Shown: positions 39,383-52,253 of the stretch, piece by piece
Position numbering within the stretch: the first letter of the stretch is position 1
How the letters are laid out: each line of letters starts with the position of its first letter
NCBI RefSeq assembly: GCF_006345805.1
Contig: NC_043005.1
Coordinates: 69,626,001 to 69,690,000, forward strand
Source: Octopus sinensis
Lineage: Eukaryota
Direction of reading: 5' to 3'
Length of the DNA: 64,000 bases
Made by a program: the position numbers and the translations under genes
The notes under the pieces: generated by a model
The model's input: the letters and a program-made list of their open reading frames with translations, nothing else
Told to the model about the DNA's origin: nothing
The model's database searches: none

Positions 39383-40789
39383 AATAACCGAATAATACAA
39401 TACTCCTTTTCTTATACGTAGAATTAGGTATTATCGGCTTATATGCCGTGGTGAAAGCCGTATTGCGTCCTATGGTATTTTCAAACGCTATACTGACATT
39501 ATCTAATCAATGGCAGATCTTACCAATCGGAATATTTTCCAAGTAGATGAAAAACAAAAAGCATCAGGTGTTCGTCATTGGACGTGGGACATACGATCCC
39601 AATCTACAAAAAAAAATGAAACGGTTGCTAATCTGAGAGCTAGAATGAGAATAAAACAATCTAATCTTAAACATGCCGTCATGGCGCGGAAGCATTTTTT
39701 CCAAGAGCAAAATATACAATAATAATAAAACACTTTGAGCAGATTACTATTTTCGCAGATAACCCTTTTTCTATAGCATTTTCTAATGAGTAATTTCAAG
39801 TCAGGTTACTTCAGGTTGATGTGCCCTACGCAGCACAGAAAATTCGGTTATGTATCGGTTACACGATTGATTACTTTTCGTAACATCCTCTGGAAACTAT
39901 CGTATATTGATAAAGCTAAAACCTTAATATCTTAATTATTAAAGATACAGTTGCTATTCCAATCTCTCCAGGTTTACTCATAAAATTAAATTTTCTATTT
40001 ATTATGGTTATATTTTCCATCGTTAGTTATCATTATACATCATACCTGTTGCTTTATATGTATATTTTCCCTGTTATTTGAACGTTAGTAAGACGATGTG
40101 TGTATATATATATAGCTATGTGCGTGAGTAATGTATGAATCTTTCTATATGTGGCAGTAAATGTGCATTGGATCTGCTTCCGGCTGTATTCCATTATAGT
40201 TTTGTTATAATTTGCTAATGAGGATCACTCATTAAAGCTAACATTTTGTGTTTGTTTTTGTGCATATTATTTCATCAGTTTTTTTTACTATACGATTGTA
40301 CGCATGTGAGTCAGCGTATATATTCATTGGTGAACACAAAAGTGTGTGCATTTGACATATGCATGCATACACACACGCATATATATATCTATAAGAGAGA
40401 GGAAGAGAGAGAGAGAGAAATGGAGAAAGAAAGGGAGGGTGTTCTAGAAGAAAATGGAGGGCAACTTATTTTATTGTTTTAATCACCTTTTACAAGCCAC
40501 CCAACCGCTTATTTTTCGATCCATTAAAGTTTCCCATCAGCATTGTGTTAAATTTAGAGAACAAAACAGAAAAGACAAGAAAATAAATAATATAAATCGT
40601 AATGATAATACAAGGCATAAAGTAAAACAAACAAAAAGTAGGAGAAAATCAAATTATTTTGCGTGTACTTTCATCACTTTTTATTCATCTTTCTCTCTTA
40701 AAACATCAACATCGATAATATTATAATCTCCCCTCCACCATTTGCAAAACAACAACAAAGATAATGACGATGATGACGCTAACACAAAT

Positions 40790-40868
40790 AACAAGCATAA
40801 TATTAATGATAATTATAATGATAATAATAACATCTAAAACAACAGCTCTTTTAATAATAATAACAATG

Positions 40869-40902
<34 letters not shown>

Positions 40903-40916
40903 TAATAATAGTAATA

Positions 40917-40947
<31 letters not shown>

Positions 40948-41123
40948 TATTAATAATAATGATAATAATAACAATAATAATAATAATATAATAATAATAA
41001 TATAATAATAATAATAATAATAATCTTCAGCGTTGTTGCCGCAGTCGTTTTCATGAAGATCCGTGCAAGCATAACGTGATCAACATTAACATGATCATAA
41101 TCATCGTCATCATCAACGTCAGC

Positions 41124-41160
<37 letters not shown>

Positions 41161-41253
41161 CCATCACCATCATCACCATCACCATCATCAGCATCATTAA
41201 CCTCGAGCCCATCCTTGAATTTCAATAAATATTTCTTCATATATATATATATA

Positions 41254-41301
<48 letters not shown>

Positions 41302-41475
41302 GTGTGTGTATGGATGCATGTATGTATATATATATATATATATATATCTATATATATATATATAGGTGTGTGTATATATATATATATACATATATATATA
41401 CACACACACATATATATTTACATACATACATTCACACACACACACACACACACGCACACACACACACACACACAC

Positions 41476-41520
<45 letters not shown>

Positions 41521-41525
41521 ATATA
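40790..41525. repeat. compound microsatellite block (TAA, TCA, TA, CA)
   Basis: Direct inspection; source of the poly-I, poly-D and YI ORFs. Confidence 0.9.
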
Positions 41526-42131
41526 GTCGCTATTATTTCCATAGTTGTTTTAGTTTTCTTCGACTTACTTGAATTTTCAGATTGTAATATCAATGAATTT
41601 TTTACATATACGCTTATCATTTTACGGAACCTCTTCCTTTACTGTTCATTCTTGTATAATTTTTTTTCTTTTCCTTTCCTTTTCATATATTCTTATATGA
41701 ATATAAGGATGTATATATAAATAATGAATATAGACATATACATATCGTTGCATATAATGCATGTCTCTGTGTGTGTATTTATATATGTATGCTAGCGCGC
41801 ACACACACACACATATACATGAGTAAGCAAATGCGCTGAGACTCACATACGCATACACACATAAACACACACATGTATGTATATAGATAGCTTTTGTAAA
41901 TTTCTGGAAATAATTGTTTTTACAATTTACAGCATGTTTGCATAATTTCTTTATAATTCAAAATTGATATATTTGCCTCACATGTTAACAGATTGGATTT
42001 ATTAGAAAATTAATGAAAAGCTTGCCTATTATAAACACGCAGGATGCATTTATGCATACATTTACGTACACATACACATACACGTACTCTCCACGCACAT
42101 TTCACCAAGCAACGCCAGATTTATCATTACT

Positions 42132-42175
<44 letters not shown>

Positions 42176-42748
42176 TTGGTAGTGTTTGTGTAGTAGCAAA
42201 ATCAGCTGAGGCAAATCTAGCTGTCACAAATTTAAGAGCAAGTTTGTTTCTAATTTCGATATCGGTTTCAAGTTAAGCGGAATTAAGACTTCGACCATGA
42301 AATCAAGAGAAGTAATCGGTTGTCATCCTTTAATATTTATTTTTATGATTTTGTATTGAATAATTATTCGCGCAATTATATTAAAACAAATATTTTTTTC
42401 TTTCCGATTAAGAGCACTCTGTATAATATGGAATTCAGTTTCGACTTCAATATCAACGATAATTCGATCCCGAGAATCATCATTTTTTGAATAATTCAAC
42501 CTGTAGGTAACAGAAAATCAAGCATGCACGCACTCAGTTGTGCACACATTATGAATGATATTTGCCGTGAGAAACTGGTAAATTTTCTTGAGCTGTTAAT
42601 TTCTTCGACAATATATGAGAATCCAGCTACGTTTTACCTCATTTCCCCCTGAATGTGTCTCTGCATATATATTTTACGTACAGGGGCACATTCGAGAATA
42701 ATATATATATATTATATATATATATATTATATATATATATATGTATAC

Positions 42749-42910
42749 CTGTAAATGTAATATGTGACAATTATTTTGTAGCCATGATAAAACTCCGAGT
42801 TTCGTATGCCGAGGTGGGAATCAACACCGCCGTCTCTTCAGTTATCCAGCCATGGCTACCGAATAATTGTCACAAATTACATTTACAGATAAATTCCTCT
42901 ACTTACATAA
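42749..42910. mobile_element. mini fold-back Penelope-like unit with HHR-like loop
   Basis: Inverted repeat CTGTAAATGTAATATGTGACAATTATTTTGTAGCCATG (42749-42786) vs CATGGCTACCGAATAATTGTCACAAATTACATTTACAG (42851-42888); microsatellite flanks. Confidence 0.7.
42786..42846 (-). ncRNA. hammerhead-like motif (stems I and III good, stem II irregular)
   Basis: Minus strand: GATAA-CTGAAGA-G..C-GAAA-CTCGGAG-TT-TTATC. Confidence 0.55.
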
Positions 42911-43004
42911 TACCGACACACACACACACACAAACACACTCACACACAAACACACACACACACACACACATACACACATATATATATATATATAAATATA
43001 TATA

Positions 43005-43162
43005 CGACAGGCTTCTTTCCCTTTCCGTCTACCAAACCCACTCACAAGGTGTTGCTCGACCCTAAGTTATAGTAGAAGACACTTGCCCAATGTGCCACGC
43101 AGTGGGACCGAATCCAGAACCATGTAGTTGGTTAGCAAGCTACTTACTACATAACCATTCCT
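43005..43162 (-). mobile_element. SINE family B, tRNA-like head and body
   Basis: Minus strand GTAGTAAGTAGCTTGCTAACCAACTACATGGTTCTGGATTCGGTCCCACTGCGTGGCACATTGGGCAAGTGTCTTC. Confidence 0.85.
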
Positions 43163-43779
43163 AGGCATATATATATATATAACATATAAACATACATTGA
43201 CACACTCACGCACACACAATATCACACACACAAATATATATATATATTAACTGTTTGAATGCATGTGTGTGAGTGGAGAGAGAAAGAGTATGAGATAAAA
43301 AACACACACACGCATTGTCAGTATGATGCGTTATATAATATACACACATCTTGAGAGATTAGCAGACATAATTTACGTTAAGTATACAGCCCGCTTTTAC
43401 GAGTGAATATTTCCTCTGAAATTGGTGGTAGTGGGATGCAAGTAATATACCAAAGTACATTTAGACCCCTATGTTCCCAATAACAAACCTTAACATAGTT
43501 ACGGTAATATTTTAAGAAAATTAGTAAAGCATCCAATGAGAAACGAGACAAGCAAACTAAATGTCTTTCCCTTATTACTTTACCTCTTTTTATATAGTTT
43601 CGGATATCATTATGCTTTATTGTCAACGTTATAAGTTTGGTATAAGTTACGATAGCTTTCACGTTGCACATTCTTGCGTTGCGTTTCACAGTTTACATCA
43701 CAGATTCCAGTCACTGTAGCAAAACTGTTTTTAGCTCTTTCCCTTGTATCCCTTCTAGAGAGAGGGAGGGACAGATACA

Positions 43780-43882
<103 letters not shown>

Positions 43883-44390
43883 TATACATACACAGATACA
43901 GATATACGTATGCGTACACACTGAAACACAATCACACACATATGTAGTAATACGCTTATATACAAATATAAAAAGCCATACATGCACACACATTATGCAT
44001 TCGGGTGAAACGGAAGAAAGTAGGCATCGATTAGATTAAAGCAGAGAAAGTTATTTTATTTACAGTACTAGGGACTTTCCTCAAGAGAGAGACATGGAAA
44101 AATCCGACTTACGATCATTAATCTAGAAACTTGCTATTATAAATCAGTTTATATGTTAAGGCATGATTGTAACTGTGTATTATTCATAGAATTATCGAAC
44201 CTATACAAAACCTTAGTAAGTTTTTACTGCCAAATTCATCGAATTGCCGCATGTTTTCATGTGTGGCAGGTAGCGTAGTAGACCTCACATTAAATCTATG
44301 ATATAAATGGGTATTTCATATAGCGATTAACTACGTATGTGAGAGGGTATATCATTGAAATGTGCATTTCAAATGTGTATATACATACAT

Positions 44391-44456
<66 letters not shown>

Positions 44457-44479
44457 TGAATGTAAATATAATATCCAAG

Positions 44480-46910
44480 GATCTAGGACTATAAGGTTAG
44501 GAAGTTTCAGTAGTCTGCTGTAGGTATAACAAACAGCTTTCAGGAACAATAATAGTTTCTTGGCGTAGATGAGTGTACGTTTTTCCCATGTCAATGTTCG
44601 ATTAGGAAATAATCAAATACTTCTTTTAAAACTTTTGCGTTAGCGTTTCCTTCGATTGAAATGTTAAAAGAGCTAACGTCTTCAATGGAAATCTAGATTT
44701 ACAAAAAAAAAAAGCATCCTATCTGTACTGTAAACACAAAGAGAACATTAACTACGTTAACTTTTCTTTAATTCACCCACTTCTTATCTTAAAATCCATC
44801 GTGGACAGCGTTTATCATAGGATATCTTACTTATCCGCAAGAATTGAAATATTCGCGCATTACGCTGAATATTGCAATTGCGCCCTACACCGCGGCAGAT
44901 ATAAAAATCCGATTAAATATCTCCTGGTATGAATGTTCATTTCTCCGCTGAACCTCGCAACACAGATACATTCGCACCTTACCCAATCTTCCAAAATCTT
45001 AACGTAGTAGCAAACAGAGTAATCATTCCTCTCTCCCCGTGATTCTGGATTCCAAATCTGTTGCTGTCCGTCGATATACTTATCAGCACGCCCTTATCAT
45101 GGAATAAGCAGACCAGGTCATGTGACATTAGAACAATAAAGAAATTGGAACCAGCAATTAGCTAACTTTAATCACGTTAGCACAACTCACCTTAACATCC
45201 AACACCCTACCAATAACCGTAGGACATCCTTAAGTCTCCTTATCAACACCGAACTGCACGACAGCAGTCTTAATCCTAATACAATTAAACAACCTAGTGA
45301 TCCGTCTAGGTCCACCACCAGAGATAACGTCATTAATCATGAGAACGACTCATTCACCACTGTAAAACATACCAATCCTAACACCGCGATGAATAACGCA
45401 TATAACACTAGGTTAAACCCAGGTAATCGTAACCCCGCAAGACACCACTTTAATTTGTACTAAAATCCTATGCAGCTGTAGACGCCTCAACTTCTGTCCC
45501 TTGGATAATAGATGTCTCACAAAATATATTGTATTTTGTACGTAGGGATGCATATACATTTTTACATTATTATATTTAATATGAACATTCTAACCTTTAG
45601 GATAATGTAATACATGTTATGCATATTTATTAAACTGTTTGAATATGAGAATTATATTCACGGTGCTAATTAACACGTGAGTTAGTCTTAGCTCTTTATC
45701 GCCTGAATGTTAGCGGTTTTTTGACTTGACTTTTCGTGTACCTATAACACGGAATTTTCTTAGCTACGTGTATATTTACTTGTTTGTCCATTATTACCTT
45801 CACTCAAATTTCTATTTACTTTTATATTGTTCTTATGTAACATCTGTACTAGTTGTCTCCCCTTAATTATAAAAAGTATTTTGTTTGACTGCATGTACCT
45901 ATTTATCTATTTATTCTTTTTTATGTTTTGTCGAGAAGTTTCAGAAGGCTATAAGCGGCCTCGTACCACTTATATCATAGCCTTCTACCCCTCACCCTTT
46001 ATTTACATATTTTTCTTTTTTGTTTTGATTTACATATCCACTTAAATGGTTTTACCTTTTGCCCTTGGTTCAAATATAATAGACCAATTGTTGACATGTA
46101 TAGACTTCGGTCTATTCAATTGCAGACAACAAGCGGTGTTCTCTGTAATGTTTCAGTAAGTAGACTATTATAATTACCTATGGTATCGTTTTGGATAAAT
46201 ATCAGCTAACGATATTCACGATAACATATGTGCTGCTCTCTTTCTAGACTTTTGTAATTGTGTTCTATTATTTTTTGCTAACTTCTTTTCACAATTTTCA
46301 AAATATCTTGGTACCTCCCTTATATGGAAATAACCCGAAAATATTGTTCCCTAGACCATTGCTGGATTACTCTTTTGCCTACTGACTTCGAAGTCCTATG
46401 ATTGAAGATTGTATGATTTGAATATATTTAGGCCTCCAGCCTTCTTCTCTAGGTCGTGTTTTCTTTCCTATTCCCTCTTTCTTTTTGTTTTATTTTCTGG
46501 ACGCTTTTTTATTCACTCTGTTGAAGCTCCATGTTCTGGTTCGAATATCCTTTGAAAATGAAGAATATTATTTTCGCAATTCTTTCGAAGGCACTGACTG
46601 ACATCGGGACCGGAAACGGCTGTAAGAATTGTTATGTCACATAAATGTTATGTCATGTTTTGTACTAAATAATAAGCTACAGATTTGATCCAATTGCTTT
46701 GTTTGTTGAGCTAAATTTTTCTCCAGTTTCTGATTATTTTAATTTGATTCCTGATCGACTTTTGTGTATTCTGATTTTACATATTCTCTACGAGGATAGT
46801 GTGCCTGCATACTCATGTCCAGACATAACACGGGTAATTGATACCGATAGTAAATACGGCTATTTTATCCCTTAGTCGGTTACTATAAACACTAACTCTG
46901 CTTGCTTATA
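44480..46910 (+). mobile_element. old decayed Penelope-like element (RT thumb, long linker, GIY-YIG remnant, pseudo-LTR)
   Basis: 44726-44930 translates YCKHKENINYVNFSLIHPLLILKSIVDSVYHRISYLSARIEIF..YCNCALHRGRYKNPIKY, collinear with YHKPNESLIYIDINSNHPKNILDNLVKSVSIRISSLSATEDIF..YYNEALARSGFKDKITY of the 48358 element. EN-like debris at 46080-46440. Degenerate HHR (ATTCT..GAAACGGCTGTAAGAAT) at 46579-46629. Confidence 0.7.
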
Positions 46911-46927
46911 TATATATACATATATAT

Positions 46928-46992
<65 letters not shown>

Positions 46993-47007
46993 TTATTATA
47001 TAGAAGG

Positions 47008-47058
47008 AGCTTCTACAGGACTAGAACTGTTTCATTCAAGAGAAATCTCCAGGAAGCT
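47008..47058 (-). ncRNA. hammerhead copy in the inverted arm, A6G core mutation (probably inactive)
   Basis: Identical to 51970-52020 except that the core reads CTGGAGA. Confidence 0.7.
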
Positions 47059-47568
47059 AGTTAACAAGAATTGTATTGGCATTTATAAAATTTTAGGCAG
47101 GTTTAAGGGGCTGGTGGTGGGGGACTTTTGTGGGTAGGCATAGCGCAAAATATCATACTTGGGGAGTGGTCAAGGAGTCAGTGGTAAATTAGATAAAGAA
47201 TAAATAAAAAAATAAAAAATATATATAAAAAGAATAGAGTTTTAGGTAAATAAGGAGATTCTCACTTATACCTATACACATATGTATACATATACCACAC
47301 ATACATACATATATACATACACACATACATACACACACACATATACATATATATACACATACACATACATATACATATCTACACATACACATATATATAC
47401 ATACACTCACTCACATGCATACACGTATACACACATGTATATATACACACACGACCACACATACATATACACACAGAAAAATATATACCACACACATACA
47501 CACATGCACACACAGCACTAGTCCCTATATACACATATATACACATACGCACATATATATACATACAC

Positions 47569-47605
<37 letters not shown>

Positions 47606-47978
47606 CATATGTGTACCTATACATACCTAACACATACACACACATATATATATATACATACAAATACAGACCCATTCCCTAATTTAATTTTATTATCTTC
47701 ATTTATTACTTTTTTATCTTTGACCGCTGGTCCCAACGATATTGGCTATGACAGCAAGTCCATTTATCTGTCTACTTGAAAACAAGCACTCATTCACGCA
47801 CGCACACTCATTAGCATGTACACTCACTCATTCGTACACTCATACACATACACGCACGTATATACACATACGTACGCGTACTACAGATTCATGTCTACAC
47901 TCTTAGAAGGCTAGTCTATACAATATACACCAATAAATATATATACACACCATACATATACACCTACATACAATACAT

Positions 47979-48020
<42 letters not shown>

Positions 48021-48357
48021 TACATATATATACACATATATATACATATATATATACACAATATATATACACACATATATATACACACATACCATACATA
48101 CATATACACACATACACATACAAACGTATACATAAATACATACATCCATACATCCATACATACATACATTTATACACATACACACACCCATATATATATA
48201 TACACACACATACATACATATACATACATACATATACAAATATACGCACACACATACATACATACACATATACACATACACGCACATACACATGTACATG
48301 CGTACCCATACACACACACACACGCGCATCCATATATACACACACACACATATACAT

Positions 48358-49447
48358 GACGGCCTTTTCGCCCTCCACAAAATAAACCCCAGGACCACGG
48401 ATGGGTTCCGGAAAAACCTTTACACCTTCTTTAAAAACTTAGGCCTTAGGATTACCTTAGAATCCAACTTAACAAAAGCTAACTTCCTTGATGTCACCCT
48501 CGACTTAAAAACCTCACTTTATTACCCGTACCACAAACCGAATGAATCCCTTATATATATAGATATTAATTCCAACCACCCCAAAAATATATTAGATAAC
48601 CTAGTAAAAAGTGTCTCAATTAGAATTTCTAGCCTGTCCGCCACGGAAGATATCTTTAAGGCCGCAGCCCCCTATTACAACGAGGCCCTGGCACGCAGTG
48701 GCTTTAAAGATAAGATTACCTATACTAGTATAGCCCCACGCCAACCCAGGAAAAATAGACGAAGACACATTAGCTGGTACAACCCCCCCTTCAACCGTGA
48801 GTCGCTACACCTGTAGCTAAAATCTTCTTCACTCTCCTACAGAAACACTTCCCCACCCAACATAAGTACTACACTATCCTAAATAAGAACACTATTAGAC
48901 TCTCCTACTCTACACACGCCCAATCTATCAGGAACTAGCCACACAATGTGAAAAAATTTAACATATCTACTTTTTCCGAGGCCCATCCAACGTCCGATAG
49001 CAATTGCCCACTGCCCTGATAAAACCACCTGCCCCCTCAACAACAACTGCCTACAGAGGGACCTAGTATATACATGCGAGGTAACATCAGGCCCTGACAT
49101 AAAAGTAAATCCTACATCGGATTGACGTCAAACAGCTTTAAGACCCGTTGGTACGCACACACACACTCGTTCCGGCGACAGGATAAATCCAACCAAACTA
49201 CCGTCACCGCCCACATCTGGTACCTTAAAAGGAACTCAATCCCCTTCAAGACCAAGTGGAAACTACTACAGAAGGCGCGCTCGTACATAGGAGGCCATAC
49301 CTGCTGTGACCTCTGCATATCGGAGAGCCTAGAGATCTTGTTCGCCAAAGGCCCTCTCCTTAACAAAATCTGAGAACACTCCCCAAATTGCATGCATAAG
49401 AAGTATGCGAACTACAAGAACTATAGACCTACCCGGCAACCAGATTG
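48358..49447 (+). pseudogene. frameshifted PLE reverse transcriptase C-terminus plus GIY-YIG endonuclease
   Basis: DGL..ANFLDVTLDL..YYPYHKPN..SNHP..WYNPPF / KHFP..LNKNTIRLSYS / CPDKTTCPLNNNC..LVYTCEV / YIGLTSNSFKTRWYAH..HIWYLK..CDLCISE..LLNK..CMH. Several 1-nt frameshifts and one TGA. Confidence 0.92.
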
Positions 49448-50018
49448 ATGACACCCCACCCACAAAACCCCCCCAATCCCACCGTTCCCCTAGCACCCCC
49501 GATTACCTTTTCTCCTAAGACCCTTCACGTATTGTATGTGCACGCTTGTATATGTGTATCGTATATATGTATAGAAATGTATGGGTATAGTAGGAATATA
49601 CGCATGTATTATGTGTGCGTGTGTGTGGATGTATGTAAAAATATATATATATATAGATATATATGTATGTGCGTGTGTATGTGTGTGTGTGTATATATGT
49701 ATATATGTATATATGTATATATGTATATATGTGTGTATGCATATGTATGTGTATATGTATGTGTGTATGTATGTGTATGTATGTATACAATATTATATAA
49801 TTAGGGCTTAGTAAAATAAATTACTTTGCCACATACTGAACTTTCTAGAAATAGCAGCCAAAAAAGTTTTTTAGCCTCTTCCACTACTTAGAGAATATTT
49901 TCCCTCAGACATTGTTTACTCAAAATAATAATGGTCCTTTTACATACAGAATACTTGGTGAAATTGATTAATAACTAATTAACTTTACCCTCAATTTTTG
50001 ATATATGTATGTGTGTGT

Positions 50019-50071
<53 letters not shown>

Positions 50072-50442
50072 TGTATGTATATGTGTATGTATGTATATAT
50101 ATATGTATGTATATATATATATCTATGTATGTGGTGTGTGGTGTGTATATATTATATTATATATATATATATATATGGTGTGTGTATATGTGTATATGTA
50201 TTATTTATATAATATATATATATATATATATGTATATGTATGTGTGTGTGTATATGTATATATGTGTATATATATGAGTATACGCAAGTATGTCGATGTA
50301 TATGTAGGTATGTGAGTTATGTGTATGTGCATGTATGTGTGAGTGTAGATACAAATGTAGATGTGTATATATATATATATTGTGTGTGTATATATACATG
50401 TACATAGGTATATGTATGGTGTGTTATAATATATATATTATA

Positions 50443-50484
<42 letters not shown>

Positions 50485-51969
50485 CGAGTATGTAGAGATA
50501 TAAGTATGTGCATGTGTATATATGTGTGTATATATATGTATAGGTGTGTGTATGTGCATGTATGTATATATATATGTGTGTGTGTATGCATATATGTATG
50601 TATGTATGATGTATATGTGTATGTATATATGTGTGTAAGTGTGTGCATATATGTATATGTAAGGTGTGTGCGTGTATGAGTATGTATGTATGTTGCACAC
50701 ATGTTATGATGTGTGTGTATATATGGATGCGCGCGTGTGTGTGGTGTGGGTACGCGGACATTTGTATGTGCGTGTATGTGTATTGTGTATGTATGTATGT
50801 GTGTGCGTATATTTGTATATGTATGTATGTATGTGTATGTATGTGTGTGTGTATATATACATATGGGTGTGTATGTGTATAAATGTATGTATGTATGGAT
50901 GTATGGATGTATGTATGTATGTATACGTATGTATGTGTATGTGTGTATATGTATGTATGTGTATGTGTGTATATATATGGTGTATATATATTTGTGTATA
51001 TATATATAGGCATATATATGTGTGTAGGTGTATATGTATGTGGGTATATATATATTATTGGTGTATATGTATAGACTAGCCTTCTAAGAGTGTAGACATG
51101 AATCTGTAGGTACGCGTACGTATGTGTATATACGTGAATGTATGTAGATGTATGTATGTATGAATATAACGCGTGCGTGCGTGTATGTGTATGAGTGTAC
51201 GAATGAGTGAGTGTACGTGCTAATGAGTGTGCGTGCGTGAATGAGTGCTTGGTTTCAAGTAGACAGATAAATGGACTTGCTGTCATAGCCAAGATCGTTG
51301 GGACCAGCGGTCAAAGATAACAAAAGTAATAAATGAAGTTAATAAAATTAAAATTAGGGAATGGGTCTGTATTTGTATGTATATATATATATGTGTGTAT
51401 GTGTAGGTATGTATAGGTACACATATGTATATATATATATATATATGTATGTATATGTATGTGTATGTATATATATGTGTGTATGTGTATATATGTGTAT
51501 ATAGGGACTAGTGTGCTGTGTGTGCATGTGTGTATGTGTGTATGTATATATATTTTTCTGTGTGTATATGTATGTGTGGTCGTGTGTGTATACGTGTATG
51601 CATGTGAGTGAGTGTATGTATATATATATATATGTGTATGTGTAGATATGTATATGTATTGTATGTGTATATATATGTATATGTGTGTGTGTATGTATGT
51701 GTGTATGTATATATGTATGTATGTGTGTGTATATATGTATACATATGTGTATAGGTATAAGTGAGAATCTCCTTATTTACCTAAAACTCTATTCTTTTTT
51801 ATATATATTTTTTATTTTTTTATTTATTCTTTTATCTAATTTACCACTGACTCCTTGACCACTCCCCCAAGTATGATATTTTGCGCTATGCCTACCCCCA
51901 AAAAGTCCCCCCACACCACCCCCTTAAACCTGCCTAAATGTATAATTGCCAATACAATTCTTGTTAACT

Positions 51970-52020
51970 AGCTTCCTGAAGATTTCTCTTGAATGAAACA
52001 GTTCTAGTCCTGTAGAAGCT
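51970..52020 (+). ncRNA. type I hammerhead ribozyme in PLE 3' pseudo-LTR
   Basis: AGCTTC-CTGAAGA-T-TTC-TCTT-GAA-T-GAAA-CAG-TTCTAGTC-CTG-TA-GAAGCT. Stem I 6 bp, stem III 4 bp, GUA cleavage predicted after 52014. Confidence 0.8.
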
Positions 52021-52164
52021 CCTTCTATATAATAAATTAATTTAATTGTGCTATGTATTGAGTACCTTATTTACTGTGGTTAACCCCGAATCAACCCGGG
52101 ACCTACATATATATATATATATATATATATATAGATATATATATATATATATAGATATATATAT

Positions 52165-52253
<89 letters not shown>

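Larger units (their letters stand above)
46992..52106 (+). mobile_element. 5'-truncated Penelope-like retroelement with inverted pseudo-LTR (C-terminal EN, probably Nematis-like)
   Basis: Inverted arms 46992-48357 and 50701-52036, ORF remnant 48358-49447, ~70-nt 3' tail beyond the arm, HHR in both arms, TA/CA tracts on both flanks. Confidence 0.92.

Noticed and set aside
47008-47200. A6G in the left-arm HHR as a retro-copied ADAR edit
   Set aside because: Other arm-to-arm differences show no A-to-G bias; a single change is uninformative.
49371-49373. In-frame TGA in the PLE endonuclease as possible selenocysteine (known in Naiad PLEs)
   Set aside because: It is not at a Cys position, the element has a C-terminal EN and several frameshifts, and no SECIS was recognised; ordinary decay is more likely.
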